Shown: positions 57,711 through 64,000 of the stretch, piece after piece | How positions within the stretch are numbered: the stretch's first letter is position 1 | Layout: each line of letters begins with the position of its first letter | DNA from: Orbicella franksi | Taxonomy: Eukaryota | DNA: 64,000 bases | Direction: 5' to 3' | Assembly: GCA_964199315.1 (NCBI GenBank) | Contig: OZ116698.1 | Coordinates: forward strand, 25,854,001-25,918,000 | Program-made: the position numbers and the translations under genes | Notes under the pieces: model-generated | Told to the model about the DNA's origin: nothing | What the model saw: only the letters and a program-made list of their open reading frames with translations | Database searches by the model: none

Positions 57711-58306
57711 TCATACACCCTGGCCTCGAAAAGAGGCTGAAACGCGCACGAGGCAGTATTATTTTGAGGACAGTGATGCTTGGTGCCATGCCGCAACCAT
57801 TTGCTAAGAGTGACGTCAAATTAAATTTCTCTTTCGGGACAAATTTAGCACCTGTACTGGATAAAAATACATGAACAACCAGAATATAAACCTGTTTCTT
57901 TTTTTTTACATTTGAGAAGGTTTCCAGTAACCCTTGGGCAGCTGCAGTTCTGTCTCAATTTCTCACTTCAAGTTTCTCTCTCAAACAGTGTATAAACGAG
58001 TTGAGACTCATACACCCTGGCCTCGAAAAGAGGCTGAAACGCGCACGAGGCAGTATTATTTTGAGGACAGTGATGCTTGGTGCCATGCCGCAACCATTTG
58101 CTAAGAGTGACGTCAAATTAAATTTCTCTTTCGGGACAAATTTAGTACCTGTACTGGATAAAAATACATGAACAACCAGAATATAAACCTGTTTCTTTTT
58201 TTTCACATTTGAGAAGGTTTCCAGTAACCCTTGGGCAGCTGCAGTTCTGTCTCAATTTCTCACTTCAAGTTTCTCTCTCAAACAGTGTATAAACGAGTTG
58301 AGACTC
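57711..58306. repeat. 297-bp near-identical tandem duplication upstream of UBE2R2
   Basis: TCATACACCCTGGCCTCG at 57711 and 58008; two differences seen; each copy carries TGACGTCA (57811, 58108). Confidence 0.93.
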
Positions 58307-59411
58307 CGGGCATGAAGCTACATGAGTATGCAGACATATCGTTTATCACAAACATAGAGATGAACCTTTCTGACCAAACCCTATCAAGCCAAAACGGCCT
58401 TGTCATTACGGGGGGTCCTTTTATGCATTGAGCGCTGATACCAGCAAATGCTCACACGTCATATTTCAGCTTATGTCAGCTTACAATTTAAATTTTACGA
58501 GCCATCTTTTAATACAATACCGATAAATTAGAATTAATTGCACCCCCTCCCCCCCCCCCGCCTTTGAGTGGCATTTTTTGTTATTTGTTTGACTCTTCAT
58601 AAAAATATTAAAATAAAATTGTTTTATAAGAAATTGTTTCACCTCCACGAATTGGCTGATTGTCAAATTAGAAAAAGATAATTTGCATTTCGCGCTTGCA
58701 TTCTTTTTCTTTGGTTTTCTGGTTCAGCTGAATAAGGTAAACTACAGTTTTAATATCATGCCTTCACGAACACTTTTCAAATGTCGGGAATGCTGGAAAT
58801 GCTGTTTTACTAGAGGGTAGAATCAGAAAAACAAATTCCAGGGAGGAATGACCCCCCACCCTCCTAGAGGGTCTCGCCTGTGGCGCTCGCCATCCACGCC
58901 AATGGCGTCGAAAGATATTAAGGTGTACAACCTCCTCCCCCCCCCCCCCCCTCCTTTCTGGAATTTCTGGATCTTCCCCTGAGCCCTGGCCCTATTGGAT
59001 AACATACCAGCTTATAAATCTGCCAGTCGCCATCCAGTTTGGTTTATTATTATTTACACCAAGTGACTTCCGGTACCGTACTCTTCTATTAAATTATTTG
59101 GCAAAACGAAGCTCGAGGCAAGAGTACCTGCATATTTCTTAGTCTGCGAGCAGGCTGTTCGCAGAATCGGAGTGGTCACGCATTAAATAAAGAATTACTT
59201 ACTTACATTACAATTAAGAGCTACACATTTCTGTGTCTGATTTCTAAACGTTTTTACGTGAATGCTACCTGTTTGGTCAATCCTTTAGTATCTGGAAGTG
59301 AGAGCTGTTGCATTTTGTTTCTTTTCCGTGTGAAACAAGAGCAAGAGTTGACGTCTGCACGTAAAAACACCACCTAACACGACATGCTGTTGTTTCCTTG
59401 TTAGTTTGTCT

Positions 59412-59465
59412 GTTTGTTTGTTTGTTTGTTTGTTTGTTTGTTTGTCTGTTCGTTTGCTCGTTTGT
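59412..59465. repeat. (TTTG)n microsatellite
   Basis: Imperfect run of GTTT units. Confidence 0.9.
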
Positions 59466-60411
59466 TTATCGTTATCAAGACAATGATCATCATCTCCTAT
59501 CACTGTTCATGTTTAGGCAAGATCGCAATAGCCTCCCGTGGGTCTCCTGTATTCTGGTGCAAAACGGTTTTCCGTGAGTCCATGAGTGCTCCTGAACATT
59601 ATAGAGCCCTATTTCATTGTTCAGTGCATTGCCTGAGGGAACCCGCGGGTACTCGACTGAGACGAGCCACATGTATCCGTGCGCAGCCCCCAAGGAAAAT
59701 TTTTTTTCTTCCTAAGAGTGTGGATACGGATTACTAAGACAAACTTTATCTCCATGTGCAAATTATCTCTGATCGTTCAAGAATTGTGATCTGAAAATCC
59801 TATTCTCTAGCGGACCCTAGCGTTGTTTTCACTTGGAGCATCCGACCTACTTAGCTACGTCATAGCGCTATATTAGCGAAACATGTATGCAGTCCTGCTT
59901 GCACGAGTGACATCATAACGTATTGCATTGTATTACGTCATAGCTTTTTCGAGACCCGTGCCGCGTGTGCTTGCCGCGTGCAGATCTTGAGACGTGGACA
60001 GTGAGTTCCATTTGCACTGCAGTAAATTTTTATTAAATTAAACAAAAAGCCGAAGGCTCCTTAGATAACTTACAGGAGCTTATGATTAAAAAAATTATTA
60101 TTATTTCCAATTCCCTTAAAAGCGAAATCAAAACTGATGTATATTTGTAATGCTGTCGAAGCGAGAGGTCAGATTCCTTGTTCCCAGACCTCTGTCTTAG
60201 TCGCGAGAAATTACTTATATTAACGACGTCACAATTGGATTGTATTTTAACCAATCACAATAGAATTTGCATCATCATGTGACCAAATCCCAAAGAGTGT
60301 ACATGGTTTCCTCCGTATAAATGAAAGTCAGTGTTCTTCTGGAAAATTTGTGGCGATTATTTACTGCTTTTCAACCTCTTTCCCCGACACGTAGATATTA
60401 TTAATACGAGA

Positions 60412-62132
60412 ATGGACTCGGAGGACGATGATGCGATCTATGACGACGAACACGAGGATAGCTACAACGAATCAGGCTCCGAGCAAGGCGATGAAAGCGA
60501 CTTCGATATCGATTGCGATGAACCCTCTACTCCAAAGAGACCTCACATAAATGACGATTTCCATTACGAATGTCTAACCCCTGAAGCTTTAGTCTGTTAT
60601 ATGAACGATATTATCGACGAAGTTAATAATGTTTTTCAGGTAAGATTGCCGGGTTTCATGGAAGTACGTCAGACTTCACTTATTTCTCAATGCAAACATC
60701 AACAATGAAAATTTTGCTCCTCTTGTTCAGATCTTTTGGTTAAAGATTCTGAAATTTAACTTCGCGGGCACATCAACCCCGTGTTAACTACATGTATGAA
60801 TACAAAGTCTCTTAATCTTATTTCGTGAGCTATGAATGGTAAGTTTAATACTTTGGTGTTGAGCTTATTATTATTTCCAGCGTTACTAATATTATTTTTA
60901 GCTTTTTGCTAATTCGAAATGTTATCACAATTTCCTGACGACCTAAGCAAAAATCTGAACAGGAACATTAGTTTCTTGCAAAGTTTTTTTTCCTTGTTTA
61001 TACTCACTCTAGGTGATTTTTTCAAGTTAGAGGCAGTATCAGGATAACTTGCTATTGTTTTAAGCAAGATATTACCTCTTATAAGATGAGGACATTTTGA
61101 AGAAATGCACTTAAATTCACACTGATTTTTTCACTGATATCCTGCCTTAGCCTGCTTTTCTTGCTTAAACTTGTATTGATTATTTACAGCTAAAACTAAA
61201 AGGGTTCTTGGAAATGCAAGAGAAAGCTACTATGCATACATGCACTTCATGAAGTTGAGGAGTAAATAACTTATAATATTGTTATTTGGAAAGGTTGGAT
61301 GTAAAGAAAAAATGTTTCATACATGAGGATTTTTCTTTCAAAAGAATTGACATACCATTGACCACTAAACATAGATTGATTGATAAGTGGGAAGAATCTG
61401 TATCAGAGAGTCAAGATTCAGTCATTGGTATTCAACACTGCATGATATCCTACAGAGTTAATGATTGACAAAGTATCCAGTGTTTTTATAGGATTGAAGG
61501 ACAATATAGTACCTGCACTAAATTAAACTTATGTTGTCCTGTAAAAGTCTAACAATATTCTATACTTTGTCACCAACTATTAATGTGTCAGCCTGGTTCC
61601 TGTCGTCTGTTGTGACAAAAATGTTTTTCGCAGTTAGCAAACTTTACAGTAATGTTTTGCCTTTTTACAGTAATTATTGTACTAATAAGACATGAGTGGC
61701 CCAGTGATTAAATGTGACGATCAAAATGCTTTAAATATTTGCTTGTCCAATGTTCTCCACTGGTTGTACAAGGTAAAATTTCCACAACCTTAAATAAATA
61801 ACAAAGTCAAGACAATAAATCCCTTGTTCACCATCCTGGACAAATATTGACCATTGATTTCCATAGAGACATTGCTTCATAGCCCTAGGTAATATTACCC
61901 CAATAGGGTCTAATGCTTGCTTGAAAAGATATCATTTTGGAGCATTATTAAAGTTGTTCTTGCTAGTTAAAAAGCATGAGGGAAACATAACTTTCATTAG
62001 TTAGAGTTGTAGTGTCTTTGTTTTCAGTTAATTAATAACCTTTTCATTGTTTCTGTTGCAATAGCTACCAAGACCAACAGCCAGGATTCTTCTTAGTCAT
62101 TTTAAATGGGATAAAGAAAAGCTACTAGAAAG
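60412..62132 (+). CDS. ARIH1: Ariadne-1 RBR E3 ubiquitin ligase, first two coding exons (gene continues beyond the window)
   Basis: Exon 60412-60639 (acidic N-terminus MDSEDDD..., DFHYECLTPE...IDEVNNVFQ|gtaag) and exon 62065-62132 (LPRPTARILLSHFKWDKEKLLER|gttag). ILLSHFxWDKEKL matches the ARIH1 UBA-like domain. No third exon was recognised before 64000. Confidence 0.88.
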
Positions 62133-64000
62133 GTTAGTTGGGATTTGTTCTGCCTCTGTACCACTATGTGCGTGTAAGTCACTGGAGTTAAGTCCTCAGA
62201 GTTGGAAGTTGCAGTTAGGTTAAGATTGCAGACAAAATTATTGAAACACTTTGCTGAGTCTCGGGGCAAAGATTTCCAAGAAAATGAATGAATAATTGAC
62301 TGCAGCCTAACTCATATTTATGTTGTGACTTGCTGTTGTTCTATATAGTCTTTTCTCATGACCTCATGACCTCATGACCAGTGTGTGTATTAAAGTCCCC
62401 AAACATGAATGTTCCCTCCATTCAGTAATGAATTCTTTTCTCATGTAAAATTTGGTATTGCATGGGAATGTTAATGTGGTTACTATTAAATTTCGTAGAC
62501 AGGACTGTCAATTGTCTGCAGTCATTGTACATGAAATTACTCTGGAATTCATGGGTCAGTGAATGATAATTATAACTAACAGACATTGCTTGACCTGTCA
62601 GGGTTTGGACTAAAAGAGTGCAGTCTAGCATAAAGTATTACAGGACAACGCAAAAAATGCATGTTTACTTCTTCAGCATAGTAAACTTTCTAAATGCAAC
62701 AGTTTTATGTAAACTTCTAATCGCGTGATGAAACATGAAAGCGAAGGGTTCTTTATTTAGTATTTTGCATTTCTTGTGATGTCTTGCCTCTAATTGCAAC
62801 ATCATTCTGTGTTACTTATTAAATTTTACAAGTGTTGACTTTGCTGGCATTTGTAGAGAGATTTCTGTGATCGGTAATACATGTATATCAAATGCGGGAA
62901 ACTGTTTTTACCACATATTATGTGTAGGAGGCATTTTTTTCTAGATAAATCTTGAGGTCTTTGGAACTGTAGTTAAAGACAGTCTTGAGTGTTTGATATA
63001 TCTTCTCAAACAAAAGTAAAGTAGAGGAAAATGGAGAAATAAAATCCTAAAAATCTATGCTAAATAGGATCAGTTGTGCAAACACTGGTGCAGTCATGAT
63101 TTCCTTTGTTCCAACCTGATGAATTTTTATGAGTTTGTGAAGGAAGTTTGAATGATAGTTGGGAACATAAAATCCTGCATTAATATGGAGCTAGCCATTT
63201 ATGGAAGTTAAACTGTCAGCAGCACTGTAAACTGACAAAGAGCAAAATATCTTCTAATGAGAGGTATTGGCTAAAGTTTGGTGTCAATGACAACACAATT
63301 TAATTTGATTCCAATGTTCATTTGATAGTTGAGTGAATCTCAGCTGCAAATCAGAATATTGCTGACAAGAGATTTACACTGTAGTGTGATTATCATGTGA
63401 CCATGACATTTACAAAGGGGAAATAAACTTGAGGGACAAACAATGCTCTTACTGGAAATCAAAAAATATCATCAGTGCTTCAAGAAAGTGACAGACAATG
63501 CACCATACATGTATACCTGCCAACCATTTGCTAGTAATATTGAGAGCCTTGTTGCCCAAAGAGAAAAAAAGCAAACAACCCAGTTCAAAATGAAAACTAA
63601 ATCCAACATTTATAACATCACACTTCTGTAACTGTTCTGTGGTCAACAAAGTCTGATAGTACAAACTAAGTTAATTTAATATTAAATCAGTTCACTTCAG
63701 TGCAACATTGTACTGCATAAAAGATGACTGCATATTTTTCCTAAGCAATGTTTGGATGTTGAAACAGAAGAGGCAAAGATAGTTTTATGCAGAGAATGGG
63801 TTGAAAAAGAACTTTACTTGAATGGAATGTCATGCGCAAAAGAACATTGGAAGTTTTTGTACTTTTAATGTTTGATACTATGTGGCTGTTTTTTGGATTT
63901 CTTTTAATAAAGCAGCCATCCTTTTTTCTTTGAGGATATTATATTTAATCAGTCAACAGTACTACTCAAAAGTAAGTTACCACCTCTCATCTCATTTCTC

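Overview
Intron-rich, AT-rich animal genomic DNA; the repeat landscape and intron density suggest a cnidarian such as a stony coral (inference only). I reconstructed five protein-coding genes exon by exon, with GT-AG junctions and consistent phases. (1) Threonyl-tRNA synthetase, TARS (-, 22 exons, 720 aa). (2) An RPRD2-like CID-domain protein (-, 7 exons, 1249 aa). (3) GALT (+, 14 exons, 370 aa), head-to-head with RPRD2 across 362 bp. (4) The E2 enzyme UBE2R2/CDC34 (-, 5 exons, 237 aa). (5) The first two coding exons of ARIH1 (+), which continues past the window. GALT intron 7 holds a full-length, young but damaged Ty3/Gypsy LTR retrotransposon (35364-42039, -) with 170-bp LTRs and a tRNA-Trp primer site. 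Its most unusual features are a MYND-type zinc finger at the start of Pol whose first Cys position is a TGA, a textbook -1 frameshift signal, and a dUTPase-like insert. Other highlights are a candidate cryptic mitochondrial-leader exon set in TARS intron 1, RPRD2-TARS microsynteny matching human RPRD2-TARS2, a 122/244-bp higher-order satellite, and many MITEs, SINEs and local tandem duplications. All coordinates were read by hand; no alignments or database searches were run.
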